DNA of 64,000 bases from Mobula hypostoma. Taxonomy: Eukaryota. Every line of letters begins with the position of its first letter. The stretch's first letter is position 1. The notes beneath the pieces were generated by a model, which worked only from the letters and a program-made list of their open reading frames with translations, was not told the DNA's origin and made no database searches. Of this stretch, positions 1 to 13,049 are shown piece by piece. A program made the translations under genes and the position numbers. The stretch covers positions 102,612,001 to 102,676,000 of the forward strand of contig NC_086107.1 of the NCBI RefSeq assembly GCF_963921235.1, given 5' to 3'.

Positions 1-2333
1 GAAACTGTTTGGCAACAGTTCCACATCCCAATTAAGCGCCATAGTGTCCCAAAAAAAACCAAGGGAATCCCGGCCATTTTCTCAATTAGCTTTTGTTTTT
101 TAAGTGGCAGCAGCGATCAATCGATGGGCCAATTAGCTAGAATGCACTAAATTTACATTTTTTGTGGAAAAGAATCTACTGCCCTTAAATGGCCATCTCC
201 AAATGTAGAATCACATAGATCAATTATGAAATAACTAAGCAAGTCACTTAGTTGTTACCAGCATCACATTCACAAAGGCTATTAGAGATGAGCATTAGAT
301 GTGGACAATTTATATCTTATAAGTAAATAAAAAGTGTGTTAACTCAATCTTCAATATTATACTAATTTTATTCAGCAACAGGCAAGAAATGTGAAAAGTT
401 TCTTCAATGTCATTTAAAAATATAGATTCAGTCTTCAACAATTATTTACACAATTAGCCTCAGACTAAATGGTAATCTTAACAGTCATCAATTAGCAAAC
501 AACCATGACAGAAATAACATTTAATCACCTTCCTACAGAGTAAAAAACTCAAGTGAATGGAAACGCTCATCAACTTTTTCCCCTTTCCTAAGAATTAGAA
601 TGTGATTGTAAAAAAGTGCTTGATAGCCAATGAGGAACAATTCTCAGCACTATGGTGTTAGAAACAGACAGCCACATTTAACATCTGTTCCAAGGAAAGC
701 TCCTGAATCTCAGGGGATAACTTCACTCACCCCATCACTGAAATGTTCCCACAACCAATCCTTGACTCACTTTCATCTTCATCTCATGTTTTCAATAACT
801 ATTGCTTTTAAATTATTATTATTTTTCTTTTTTTGTATTTGCAGTTTGTTGTCTTTTGCACATTGGTTAGTTGCCCATCCTGTTTGGTGCAGTCATTCAC
901 TGATTCTATTGTTTCTTGGATTTACTGAGTAGGCCCGCGAGAAAATGAATCTCGGGGGGGTGGGGGGTTTATAAATGGGGACATAAATTTACTTTGAACT
1001 TTGAAGTAACAAGCTTTCATACCCCTCTGACAGTCAGTGGCGGCATCACTGCAGGTGTCATTTAGGTTTCCTAAGAAGATGTTTGACCTGTTGAGTATTT
1101 CCATCTTTATACAAATGAAAACATTTGCTCATATCTGCAAGAAGCCTACAGCATACAACACCTGCTTGCTTTACAAAAAACCCCTGCTTTTTGTAGTACA
1201 CTTACAATGACTACAAAACGGTTTGCTGAAATATGCTTTCACGGTTCAGCAAGCAGCAAATGCAATATTGACCATATTATTTTGTCACTGTCACTATTTT
1301 AAAAACATAAAATAGAATTGGATGAAAAATAACTTATATTGGAGACAGTGAAAACTTGAGAGATTCAGGGAGAAAAAAAAGAACTGCTAAGTGTGGGGAC
1401 AGGCAACTGGAATTTTGAATGAGTATAAACTATTTTCAGGAAACTTCTGGGAGCATGGTTAACACATACTTGCATGCAAAGCTGACAAAACCACAGATAA
1501 TGAGTAACATTTTAAATAAGGACAATAAAGTGGTTTATAAACACAACACAGAATTATGAAGGACAGAGCCATCTATTTCAGCACCATGTACATGCTGGTA
1601 CCTTGGTGCAACTTTCTCAAAATCTAATCTCCCTTCCCTATTACTAAGTACTCTTTAAGCTCTTTGAAAATAGGTAGATGTGTCTTTCTGACAATACGTA
1701 TGCCCACGCATGTGGAGCCTCAAGAATCTTTGGACCTTCTTTCCAAATTTGTTCCTTTTTGGCTTAAGGTGAATCACCTCACTTCATTGAATTCCTTTTA
1801 TCCTACCAATCCGAAAACCTGCTCCAACCATTCCAATTTGCTCAACAGATAAATATTTTGGTGTCAATTCACAGAGTTATTACTCCAGTCAGAGGATGGT
1901 GAATCTGTGATTCTTTGCACACGGAGAACTGTGGAGGCTAAATCACTGGGCGTATTCAAGGCAGAGATTGAAAGGTTCTTGTTTAGTCAGGGTTTAAGGG
2001 ATTATGGGAAAAAGGCTGGAGAGTTGGATTGGAATTAAAAAAACAGCCAAGATGAAATGTGGAGCAGACTCAATGGACTGAATGGCCTAATTCTGCTCTG
2101 GTATTTTATGATCTTATGGCCTTCCAGAAAACACATGAATAAATATCCCAGAATTCACTCCTTCAGATGCAGGGTGGCACAGTTTTTAAACGTTATCACA
2201 AACTCAGACCTTTCAAATGAAACATCAGACTGTTAGAACTCATCCTTCAGATCCATGACCACTTTATCAATCCACCTGAAAACTTTTATGATTCAGAAAG
2301 AGACCAACAGTTTCTCAAAAGACAGCTGGAGTA

Positions 2334-3646
2334 CACTCAGACCCTACTTAATGCCGAGGATGCGTTCCTCAGAGGTGGAGTGCTATGTAAATCAGCACTA
2401 TGCAGGGGCATTATAATATTACGTAAATGGAGAAGTGCGTCTGATTAAAAAAATCAAAACCGAGATGCATGATATATTATTTTATGTATACACAGTAATT
2501 CGTGGAGTAACAAACACACTAATAGGCCTAACCTGTAGATCAGTGGTGCAGCAACACATTGCAGCTGCAATGGAGGGAAGCAGGTGGTGGTTACATCTCA
2601 GAGGGACTAGGCTGTGGGTCCTCTTCTAACTTTGACTTCTTCAAGTAAGCATCAAAATTTGACTGCCTTTTCTTAAGATTCCTTTCATGAAGCAGTTCTT
2701 GGTAGCAGGGAATCATGTTGAGAACATCTCTTTTTGCCTTATTGCTTCGTTCCCAATCAGGGTCATTATCGATGAACTGGTCTGTGATTTGTGTGATCGT
2801 GGTGATGCTGGTGCTGAGGAATTTTGTGGCGAAGTTTCTTTCTGGTGTTCCCTGGGCTGCCTTGCTGTCTGCACTAGCCACTTCACCAGAAATGTGTATT
2901 CTATGGAGGTCACTGCGTTGTATAAATCTATCAAACCAACCTCTGCTGGCTGTGAATGATACCGACTTAACTTCTTGTTGAATATGATTGAAGATGTTTC
3001 TTGCTTTTCCCATCATTATCAGCTGGCTTAGGGGCAAGTTTTGTTGTGTTTTGGTCATTCACCCATATATTTAGACTATTTTCCCATTTTTTCAAGCAAA
3101 TGGCTCCTTGAACAAGTCACCTGCATTGATGACAACCTTGACGACTTGGTTTTGTAGAAGCTTTTACCTTGTCTGCACTTTTTCAATCATAGTTTTGATC
3201 GTCGATGTAGCCAATTTCAAAGAGGCGCCAACATCAGCCTGACGCTCACCAGCTTCCAAACACTGTATTACTTGCAGTTTCACATCCATGCCAATGTTTT
3301 TCCTAGACATCTTAGATGTACTATACTTACTGGAAGTTGCATGCTGTTTTCCAGACTTTATAGGAGGGGAAAAAATGGAATAAATTGGCGAGGGAGCAAG
3401 AATGTTTACACATGTGGAGGAGGCAGAGAGTGACTACTACGTGACTGGCTGTGAGTGGTTCAGTGTATGTAAAGCGCTCTCATTGGCTGATTGAATGTTT
3501 ACCCTAATAGCAGCTGCTCTTGAGAAGTTTTAAGTGTTGCTTAGAATGATTTTTTGTCATTTAAAAAAAAATTTCAATAAAGAATTGAATAACTGCGTTG
3601 TAACGAATCAACGCTATGAGGCGTACCATTAAGCGGGGTCTAAGTA
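2334..3646 (-). mobile_element. Tigger/pogo-family DNA transposon, internally deleted and frameshifted
   Basis: Imperfect TIRs CACTCAGACCCTACTTAATG / rc TACTTAGACCCCGCTTAATG with flanking TA. Minus strand encodes HTH_psq (MSRKNIGMDVKLQVIQCLEAGERQADVGASLKLATSTIKT) and CENP-B HTH (FTASRGWFDRF...ISGEVASAD); DDE domain missing. Confidence 0.88.
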
Positions 3647-3889
3647 TAACCAATTTGGAATTTGTTTATTATTATACCAAGATACAGTGAAAAGCCTGTC
3701 TTGCATACTGCTCATACAGATCAAATCATTATACAGTGCATTGAGGTAGAACAAGGTAAAACAATAACAGAATGCAGATAAAGTCTACAGCTACGAGAGA
3801 AACTGCAGTTCAGGTAAACAATAAAGTGCAACATCACAATGAGGTAGATTGTGAAGTCAAGAATCCATCTTAACGTACCATTCAATTGT

Positions 3890-5093
3890 CATAGAAAAGC
3901 ACAGCGCAGAAACAGGCTCTTCAGCCCATCTAGTCCATGCTGAACCATTTAAACTGCCTACTTCCATCAACCTGCACCAGGACCATAGCTTGCTATACCC
4001 CTACCATCCATGTACCTATCCAAACTTCTCTCAAACACTAAAATTGAGCTCACATACACCAATTGTGCTGGCACTTTGTTCCACACTCTCATGACCCTCT
4101 AAGTGAAGAAGTTTCCCCTCATGTTCCCCTTAAACTTTTCACCTTTCACCCTTAACCCATGACCTCTTAGTGTAGTCTCACTCAACCTCAGTGGAAAAAG
4201 CCTGCCTGCATTTACCCTATAATTTTGTATAATCCCTCAATTTTTTAATCCCTCATAATTTTGTATACCTCTAACAAATTTCCCCCCAATCTTCTACATT
4301 CCGAGGAATAAAGCCCTAACCTATTCAATCTTTCCATATAAATCAGGTCCTCCAGACCCGGCAACATTCTTGTAAATTTTCCCTGTACATTTTCAAGCTT
4401 ATTTACATCTTTCCTGTAGGTAGGTGACCAAAACTGCACACAATACACCAAATTAGGCCTCACCAATGTCTTATCCAACTTCAACATAACATCCCATCTC
4501 CTGTACTTAATACTTTGATTTATGAGGGCCAATGTGCCAAAAGCTTTTTCTACGACCCCATCTACCTGTGACACCACTTAAGGAATTATGGATCTGTATC
4601 CCCAGATCCCTGTTCTACCACATTCCTCAGTGCCTTACCACTCACTGTGTAAGACCGATGCTGGTTAGTCCTTCCAAAGTGCAACACCTCACACTTGTCT
4701 ACATTAAATTCCATCTGTCATTTGTCAGTCCAGTTTTCCAGCTGGTCCACTTCCCACTGCAAGCCATGATCTGCAAATTTGCTGATCTAGTTATCCACAT
4801 TATTATCCAGATCGTTGATATAGATGACAAACAACAACGGACCCAGCACCGATCCCTGTGGCACTCCACTATGCACAGGCCTCCAGTTAGACACAACCAT
4901 CTACTACCACTCTCTGGCTTCTCCCACAAAGCCAATGTCTAATCCAATTTACTACCTCATCTTCAAAGCTGAGCAACTGAACCTTCTTTACCAACCTCCC
5001 ATGTGGGACCCTGTCAAATGCCTTGCTAAAGTCTTTGTAGACAACATCCACTGCTTTGCCTTCATCAACTTTCCTGGTACCTGCTTCAAAAAA
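3890..5093 (-). mobile_element. CR1-like LINE 3' fragment nested in a Rex1/Babar-like fragment (3655-3885 and 5097-5450)
   Basis: ORFs with DFSKAFDRVPH and [15 protein letters not shown]; flanks carry the HPGHSFSALF..GR / LKDSFWP tail. Confidence 0.85.
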
Positions 5094-5650
5094 CTTACTA
5101 CAGTTGGCCAGAAACTGTCCTTGAGACTGGTGATACATGCTTTTGGGCTTTCCCTACCTTCTGTCCAATGGAAGAGTGCAGAAAAAGAATGCCCAGGGTG
5201 TGTGGGGTTTTTGATCATGCTAGCTGCTTTACTGAGGCAATCAACAAGTGTAGACAGAGTCCACGGAAAGGAGTCTGCTGTCTGTGAAGTGCTGAGCTGT
5301 GTCCACAAACCAGTTTCTCACTCTCACATGCAGGGCAGTTGCTATACTGTTATGCATCCAGATAGAATGGTGTATTGATAAAAGTTGCTAAGGGTCAATG
5401 GGGACGTGCCAAATTTCTTCAGCCTCTTGAGCAAAGAGAGGTGTTGGTTAAATTATAACTTCCTGGTTTCTGTCAACATCAGAGAGTAAAGTCAATTTCT
5501 CAATTTACAGGAGGAGTTACTAAACTGACAGAATATGATATTTAGACAACTGAAAAGTTCTCAGACTGTTCAAAAATCCAAGAAATTGGAAACAGCACTT
5601 TATACTGACACAATTTGAACATAATATATGCCAGTATGTGCATGATTACG

Positions 5651-6200
5651 ACCATAAGATATAGGAGCAAAATTAGGCCATTTGGCCCATCAAGCCTGCT
5701 CCACAATGTCATCATGGTTGATCCATTTTCCCTCTAGGCCCCAATCACTTGCCTTCTCCCCATATCCCTTCATGCTCTGACCAACCAAGAATCTATCAAC
5801 CTCTGCTTTAAATGTACGTAAAGACCTGGCCTCCACAGCTGCCTGTGGTAAAGACTCTCTGGCTAAAGAAATTCCTCTTCATTTCCATTCTAAAAGGAAG
5901 CCCTTCTATTCTGAGGCTGCATCCTCTGGTCCTAGACTCTCTCACCCTAGGAAACATTTTCTCCACATCCACTCTATAAAAGGCCCTTCAACATTCAATA
6001 GGTTTCAATGAGGTAACCCCTCATTCTTCTGAATTCAGGCCCAGAGCCATCAAATGTTCATCATATGTCAAGCAGTTCAAACCCCGTGTGAACCCTCTCC
6101 AGTGTCAGCACATCCTAAGATAGGTGGGCCCAAAGCTGCTCACAATCCCCCAAGTGAAGCATCACCAGTGCTTTACAAAGCCTCAACATTACTTCCTTTA
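5651..6200 (-). mobile_element. CR1-like LINE 3' fragment
   Basis: Typical ccataagatataggagca...ggccatt 3' end and degenerate RT C-terminus. Confidence 0.75.
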
Positions 6201-7571
6201 CAATATAGCAGAATAGCATCATACTTTGCTACAATAGAAATTTGTGACTGCTAGCCAGAGTTAATGTGTATTTTCCTTGGTTTATTATATTATTCTGCTC
6301 TACTGCATATGATTAATAATTTATATCACAATTTTCTAAGATTTACACTATCTTCGGCATCCTAATTCCTTACGATCCAATTTTTCTTGATATTATCTTG
6401 ATATGTCCTGCAAGTTTGTTACTCCCTTTCTATAGTTTATTACCATTTACCCCCTCCATACTTTTCCCATGCACCAGAATCAATTTTTCACTTGTACTTT
6501 TATTCTTATATCCATGAGAAGTACAAATTTGCCCCGCTTGGGAGCACAACATGGTTTGTTATCACATCTATTTGACAGCTTCCTATTACCTAACCCTTCA
6601 AAATTTGCTAGTGGTTCTCTTACCCTGTTGACAACCCGCTTGTCCTAACTTTACATTCTAAGCAATCTGCAGTCTTTTACCTTTCAGAAAACATGAAATA
6701 CAATGTGATAGTTTTGTACATATTGCCTTAATAGACCTAGTACCTAGTAGGGCTCATCTTTACAAATCCATGCTGGCTTTATCTATTCAGATGAAAATTG
6801 AAAGATCAGCACCCTATAATTCATAACCAGAGCCTTATAATTTCTTAGACAAATATTAAATTAATAATTTCCTCACTTTCCTCTGTTATTAAAGGGCAGT
6901 TTAGCGATCTAAGGAACTGCTGAATTCAGACACATTTTGGGTTTCCTGCTCCAAATACAAAACTTGTTACCTTTCCACCCTTGACTGCGATGTGAAAGCT
7001 ACAGGACAACAATCGTCTTTGTTACACACCTGCCTATTTCACAAGCAGCAACCAAGTACAGTGAACTAACTTCTCCTAGGCCTCTGGCAACAGCATCGTG
7101 TCATCACTTTGCCTGGAAGGCCACAAGTGATACAGGGCAGCAGACCTGACTGGCTCTCAGTCTGAAACCTTCAGGGTTCCCGTCCGACCCAAATGTCAGC
7201 ACTTATTTGCCTCCCAACCGGTAGGCAACCGGGTTCCACCTCATGAGCACAAACGTAACTCAAAGTGCGGTACTAGGTGACTGTTAGAGGCCTCACCTAT
7301 CAGATGAGACACGAAACCGAGAGCCGTGTTGGAATACAGGGGATGATCTGAGCATTGGGAACACGTTGAGCACAGTAAGGCGACAACCACACACCAATTC
7401 CCCTCCCTCCATCAACCCTCAGCTTCCAAAAACCTACCGATCTCCGTCCCGAATCCACTCAGACTGCGCCTCCTCAGCCCTCCACCTGTTTACCACAAAA
7501 CCCGACACCTTTGGCAAATTAAAAGACGATTAAGACGCAAGAGCCACTCTCGGATCATAGTTAACACTGAC

Positions 7572-7760
7572 CTCATCAACAATTCAAGTCAAATAAAAAC
7601 GTAATAAATTAAACGTGCAAAATAAAAAGTTCAAAAATTGCCACAAACCGTTTCGACTTTAAACAAATTTAAGACAGCCCCGCTCCACGCGCCTATTTTT
7701 TTTACTTAATGGCGGTCAACGCTTTTCAAACCGGCATCTAGTAAGTTCCGCCGTTCCTTC
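7572..7760 (-). other. Candidate non-coding first exon of an unidentified minus-strand gene
   Basis: Lies just downstream (minus sense) of the SBS/NRF1 cluster and ends in a good donor GAG|GTCAGT (intron starts 7571); no long ORF. Confidence 0.4.
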
Positions 7761-7900
7761 TTGCGCATGTACAGGAGGCCGAGCATTATGGGAGTTGTAG
7801 TTCTTCAAGGATGAGGTTCCTTCGGGTTCAGGTTAGAGTGATGAGTAGAGTGACGAGACCGGCCTACATTTCCCGTTAAACATTGCGCGAGCGGGATTTT
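7680..7900. promoter_or_regulatory. CpG-enriched housekeeping-type promoter with ZNF143/THAP11 (SBS), NRF1-like and YY1-like motifs
   Basis: Minus-strand AACTACAACTCCCATAATGC (7783-7802); plus-strand CTACATTTCCCGTTAAACATTGCG (7864-7887); TGCGCATGTAC (7762-7772); AATGGCGG (7708-7715); local CpG excess in non-repeat DNA. Confidence 0.7.
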
Positions 7901-8345
7901 CTCTCCCCTTTTCATCACAGAGCGAGTTCGTGACAGAATCTCCTGGGCAAGGTGCTCCACTGCACCATCTGCAGGCGTTGGAGATCATTGCAGGGACCCT
8001 GTTAAAACTACTGTAACTGAATACAGTACAGTAACTAACTCTCCCATCAGTGACAAGCTGCACTGGTATTCTGTATACAGTATACCAATATTCACTGCAT
8101 ATTCACAGAGAATATTCACTGCATTCTCCGTGAATATTTATCAGTGGAAAAATTTAGCCAAAGCCATCCACAGGTACTTCATCTCAAAGACAGCATGTCT
8201 GACAATGCTGCACGCCCTCGAAGTGTGAAATCATTCCTTCATTCATCTCTATGGAGTGGATTTATCAGAGCCCGCAATCGCCTGATTCTGAGCCAAGGCT
8301 GTTATATTTATATGCAGAAGTAAGAAGTACATTTATGTAGCACTC

Positions 8346-9061
8346 AACGCTAGCAACTTTTATGCAACACACATCAAAGTTGCTGGTGAACGCAGCAGGC
8401 CAGGCAGCATCTCTAGGAAGAGGTACAGGTCTCGGCCCGAAACATCGACTGTACCTCTTCCTAGAGATGCTGCCTGGCCTGCTGCGTTCACCAGCAACAT
8501 TGATGTGTGTTGCTTGAATTTCCAGCATCTGCAGAATTCCTTGTACCAGCAACTTTTATGTGTGTTGCTTGAGATTCCAGCATCTGCAGATTTCCCGTGT
8601 TTGCGTTTTTAAATTCACTACTGCGAAGCCTCTTCCGGTGATGCCTACACTGAAGAAGTTTAAATCTTCTCTTCGACGGGAGTTCAGTGAAACCATCTCT
8701 CACTGCTCCCCATCTATAATTTCTTTGGCTCTTCAACTTTTCGACCACATTTTGACTCAGACTCCAGCTCTTGGCTCCATCCCTCCCCCTGCTCTCTTCT
8801 CCTATTATTTTGACCCTCTTCCCCACCCCCTCCCACTTTCAAATCTCTTACTAGCCCTTCTTTCAGTTAGTCCTGACAAAAGGTCTCGGCCCGAAATGTC
8901 GACTGTACCTCTTCCGAGAGATGCTGCCTGGCCTGCTGCATTCACCAGCAACTTTGATGTGTGTTGCTTGAATTTCCAGCATCTGCAGAATTCTTCATAC
9001 CAGCAACTTTTATGTGTGTTGCTTGAAATTTCAGCATCTGCAGATTTCCCCGTGTTTGCGC
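8346..9061 (+). mobile_element. Composite Penelope-like element insertion (inverted + tandem pseudo-LTRs, ORF start MPTLKKFKSSLRREFSETISHCSPS)
   Basis: 65-bp inverted arms 8364-8428/8449-8513, two tandem end units; TSD TTATGTAGCACTC (8333-45) / TTATATAGCACTC (9062-74). Confidence 0.75.
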
Positions 9062-9659
9062 TTATATAGCACTCTTCACTTTGCAGGACATGTTCTCAGC
9101 TATTAAAGTAGTTTGTAAAGTGTGGTTGTCAAGTCAAGTCAAGTTTATTGTCATTTCGATCGTAAACGGCTGGTACAGTACACAGTAAAAAGGAAACAAC
9201 TTTCCTAATTGTTTTATAGTCTTGCTGCAGAAACCAGATCCCACAAAGATTAATAAAGTAACCACCAAGTGAGGGTTGATCAGCTCGTGGCTTTTTCATT
9301 GAAGAATGAAGGGTGTTCTTATAGCGGTGTCTAAAATCATGAGAGGCATAGATTTTTTGCCCTCACTTTTAGGAATCAATAACTAGACAGCATAGGTTTA
9401 AAGTGAGAAGGGATAGATTTAGTAGGAACTTGTCGAAGTTTCTGTTTAGGATTCTGACTCAACCCACGAATTTAACTCACAACAAGAGCAAATAATATTC
9501 TGATAAAGCCAAAAGACCAACTACATCTCCCACACCAAAGATGCTGTTTTATTTCATCAGCTTGTTACTTATTATTATAAAATGCCAAACAATGCTGCAA
9601 AAAGGCTGTATTGCAGTTTTGAGGAAAATATTAAGAGGTGAAAGATAAAAATTCACATC

Positions 9660-9893
9660 TGGTGGTATATATACCCCTGCCGTCCCTCCCTCCTGATTGA
9701 TTAGTCCTCAACCAATCAGGTTTTGGCTGTCCTGCCTTGTTTACAATTGACTGGCGGGGGGGAAGGGTGGTATATATACCACTGGAAGAGACGTGCTAGG
9801 TATCATGCCTGATGAAGGTGGCAAAATTTGTCATTGAAATGTCAGTTAAAATCCATACCTGTACCCGGCTGGTAGCCTGAGAAGAGTTTATTA
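9660..9893 (+). mobile_element. Second Penelope-like family end with degenerate hammerhead
   Basis: CTGATGA-A-GGTGGCAA/TTGTCATT-GAAATGTC at 9809-9843; repeated GGTGGTATATATACC and CCTGATTG/CAATCAGG hairpin. Confidence 0.55.
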
Positions 9894-10167
9894 ATTCAAA
9901 GTAAATTAATTATCAAAGTGTATATATGTCACCCTATACAACCTTGAGATTCATTTTCTTTTGGGCATACTCAGTAAACCTATCAGATGGTAACTCTAAC
10001 AGGATCAATGAAAGATCAGCCAGTGTGTAGAAGACAACAAACTGTACGAATGTAAATATAAATAAATAGTAGTCAATAACAAGAACATGAGATATAGAGA
10101 CCTTGAAAGTGAGGACTTTGGTTCTGAGAACATTTCAAAGATGAGACAAGTGAAGTTGAGTGTGGTT

Positions 10168-10330
10168 GACATGCACAAAATGGTGGAGGAACTCAGCAGG
10201 CCAGGCAGCATCTATGGAAAAAAGTACAGTTGATGTTTCAGGCCGAAATCCCGCGATACTGCCTGGCCTGCTGAGTTCCTCCAGCATTTTGTGCATGTTA
10301 CTCAGGTTTCCTGCATCTGCAGATTTTCTC
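10168..10330. mobile_element. Fold-back Penelope-like mini-insertion inside a Rex1-like fragment (9895-10860)
   Basis: Inverted arms ACATGCACAAAATG...GGCAGCATC / GATACTGCC...TGTGCATGT; TSD TTGAGTGTGGTT (10156-67) / TTGAGTGTAGTT (10331-42). Confidence 0.75.
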
Positions 10331-11084
10331 TTGAGTGTAGTTATCCCCATTTGTTCAAGAGCCTGATGGTTGAGGGGTAGTAACTACTCTGGAACCTGGT
10401 GTGCCAGTGCTGAGGCTCCTGTACCTTCTACCTGATGACAGCAGCGAGAAGAGAGCATGAACTGTGTGGTGGAGATCTCTGATGATGACTTTCCTACGAC
10501 AGCATTTCACATGGATGTGCTCAATGGTTGGGAGAACTTTACCCATGATGGACTGCATTTACTACATTTTGTAGGATTTTTCTTCAAAGGTATTGGTGTT
10601 TCCATACCAGCCTATGGTGCAACCAGTCAATATACTCTCCACTACTCATCTATAGAAGTTTGTCAAAGTTTTAGATGTTGTGCCGAATCGCCACAAACTC
10701 CTAAGGAAGTAGAGGCACAGTCGATTTCATTTACGTGCCGGGCCCAGCACCCATGAATTTAAAGCTGCTAACCTCCTCCACCTCTCATCATCTGTTCGTC
10801 TCATGGACCTCTGGTTTCCCTCTCCTGTAGTCTCCTTGGTCTTACTGGCATTGAGCAAGAGCGTAACAGGATGACATCCAAATAAATTTATATTAAATTT
10901 GCTGTTTCAGTGAATATATAAATTGCAGCCAAGCTTCCAGAAATAAGAGTTGCTTAGCCTTGGTTGGGAATAAATTTGAAGAATGGTATTGAAAAGCTCT
11001 GGTCAGTGATAGCAGCTTTGTTGGGAGAGAGAGGTGGACTAAATTCAACATGGGACGTGGGAGGTATTGCTTCCTTCTGAATCG

Positions 11085-11500
11085 GTCACGGTGAGCAGGA
11101 AGGCGGAGCGCTGGTTGGAGAGTGCTGAGAGGCGTTGAGGCAGAAACTTCAGCGTTAAACCTTCAAGGTTTAAGAACAGACATAAGTGATTTCAATCCGG
11201 AAAGCAGGAAGGCGGCCTGAGGGCGGGAATAAATCCCATTGATAGAGGTAACTTGAGGGAAAATACAACGTGGGCAAAGAGATCGGTTTAAATTGGTTGG
11301 GGATATTTGCTTTTATTTCCTAGAATCTCCACTGCAAGCCACTTCAGGGTTAGGTTTCGGTTTCTCTCGCGTTTAACGCTCCTTACAATCATGTGGCCCG
11401 ACCGTTGGACCCGCTTACGGTGTAGCCAGGGAACTGTTGTGAAATCGGGCAGAGAGCTACGCAATACCGCGGCCTTAATTTGCATTGTAGGCCTCGCATG
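11085..11500 (+). promoter_or_regulatory. Second CpG-rich island; candidate promoter/non-coding exon 1 of ZC3H7 (donor GAG|GTAACT at 11248)
   Basis: Non-repeat CpG cluster with CCGGAA (ETS-like) and GGGCGG (GC box); the ATG exon at 19642 starts with an acceptor, so an upstream exon is required. Confidence 0.45.
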
Positions 11501-11879
11501 CTTTTGTGTATATTAATTTCCAGGCAGAGAGTAAAGCTAATTTAATAATTTGATCAATAGGTAAAGTGCACGTGGCTACACATATGAGCTCTCGTTCGTA
11601 ATTCAGACACAGTTTCCTCATTTAAACATGGAGAGAGTATTTTAGTTATTTTAAAGTGCCAAATAATTGTTTCTGGCATAAATGTTCGCCCTATTCTTAC
11701 ATTTCGCACACTGAAACATAACTTCCCACCTTTTAAATGGGATCATGAGCTGGGCAGTGTTCTTAAGCTTCTAATTTTAAAATAGTTTCTGTGATTTTGA
11801 GAGATCAATTGCAATAATTTTGTTTTATGAATGCAATTTAATTACTGGAAAGAATGAAGAAATGTGCGCATTTCTTTAG

Positions 11880-12190
11880 TGCCTTGTTATATTTCAAGGT
11901 GCTTATCAGCTAATGAAGTACTGTTTTAAAGTAATGCAGCCGAGTTGGACACAGCAAGCTCCCACAAAGAGCACTGTCATACCAGACCATGTTCCACTGC
12001 TCTGGGTTGAGAGGTAACAGTTGGCCAGGACGCTGGGTAAGATGCCCCAGGATATTACTGAGTTGGCATCAAGGGTTCTTCAGTGAGGAAGCAAAAAGTA
12101 CAATATTTGTCCCTCTAATACTGTACTGAAGTGTCATTTGGTATCACCTCAAATTGCTGGAATGAGCCTTGGAAACACAATCTTATTCTT
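11880..12190 (-). mobile_element. Old DeuSINE (SacSINE1/AmnSINE1-like) copy
   Basis: Recalled Deu-domain-like words CACAGCAAGCTCCCACAAA and TTGGCCAGGAC; heavily diverged; similar copies ~8135-8300, ~30415-30610. Confidence 0.5.
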
Positions 12191-13049
12191 GGGGTGGGGG
12201 CATTCAGAACAGTTATAATCTGGTCCCCATTTTGGTTATATTTTAATCTTACTTTTACAAATCAATTGTATAATGGTGTGTTCATTCATCTTTGATGTGG
12301 TTATTCAATTATTCACTCTTCCAGGTGAGATGCTGTCACACTTGGGTTGGGGTTAGGATGAGGGGCGAAATCAGTGGAGAAAGTATACAAAATGTAGAAA
12401 TTAGAGAAAGAATAGGTGTCTCATACCTGCTCCACTGTTCATTAAGATTGACCTGACCTTACATTGAATCTGCATTCCTTTCAACTTTTCACCTTTTTGG
12501 CTTCATCGGGTATCTGTCCTAAGGATATTTGATGTTGATACTTGCAACTCTTGAAGAGGAAGAAAGCCATCTCATTTCTGTTTTAAATGGGCTGTCCTAA
12601 TTTTTAACCAGTACTTCTCCCCTGCTGTCCCAGTTTTATTTATTTATTGAGATACAGCATGATTGGCCCTTCGAGCTGAACCGCTCAGCAACCCCCTCCC
12701 CCCCATTTTAATCCTAGCCTAATCACAGAACAATTTACAGTGATCAATTAACCTACCAATTGGTATGTCTTTGGACTGTGGGATGAAATTGCTTTCCTTT
12801 TCAATCTTTTTATTAGTTTAGCATCATATACATTACAGAAAAATAGATACAGAGAAATTGGGATTACATTATTGAAAAGATAGTTTGAACAAATATAACC
12901 TCAATTGACACATAATTCATAAGCCTCCCAAAATCTCAAAAAGTACAGCTCTAATATAGGGAAATATAAGATAAAAATGGAAAAAAAAATCATGAAAAAG
13001 AGAAAAAAAAGGAAAAAAAAATTACCCCCAAAAAACAAAAACAGAACTG

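Noticed and set aside
2591..3058. TIGD-like domesticated host gene
   Set aside because: TIRs and TA intact, frameshifts present and catalytic domain absent
1..7571. Coding exons of the presumed minus-strand neighbour (e.g. RANGAP1 or RSL1D1)
   Set aside because: No recognisable peptide found by eye; the gene is left unnamed
8265..9069. Recurrent short ORFs with DAAWPAAFTSNFDVCC / LEELSRPGS peptides (also ~13.2, 15.0, 34.5, 51.3, 61.0 kb) as a protein family
   Set aside because: Incidental translations of the non-coding PLE end in various frames and strands
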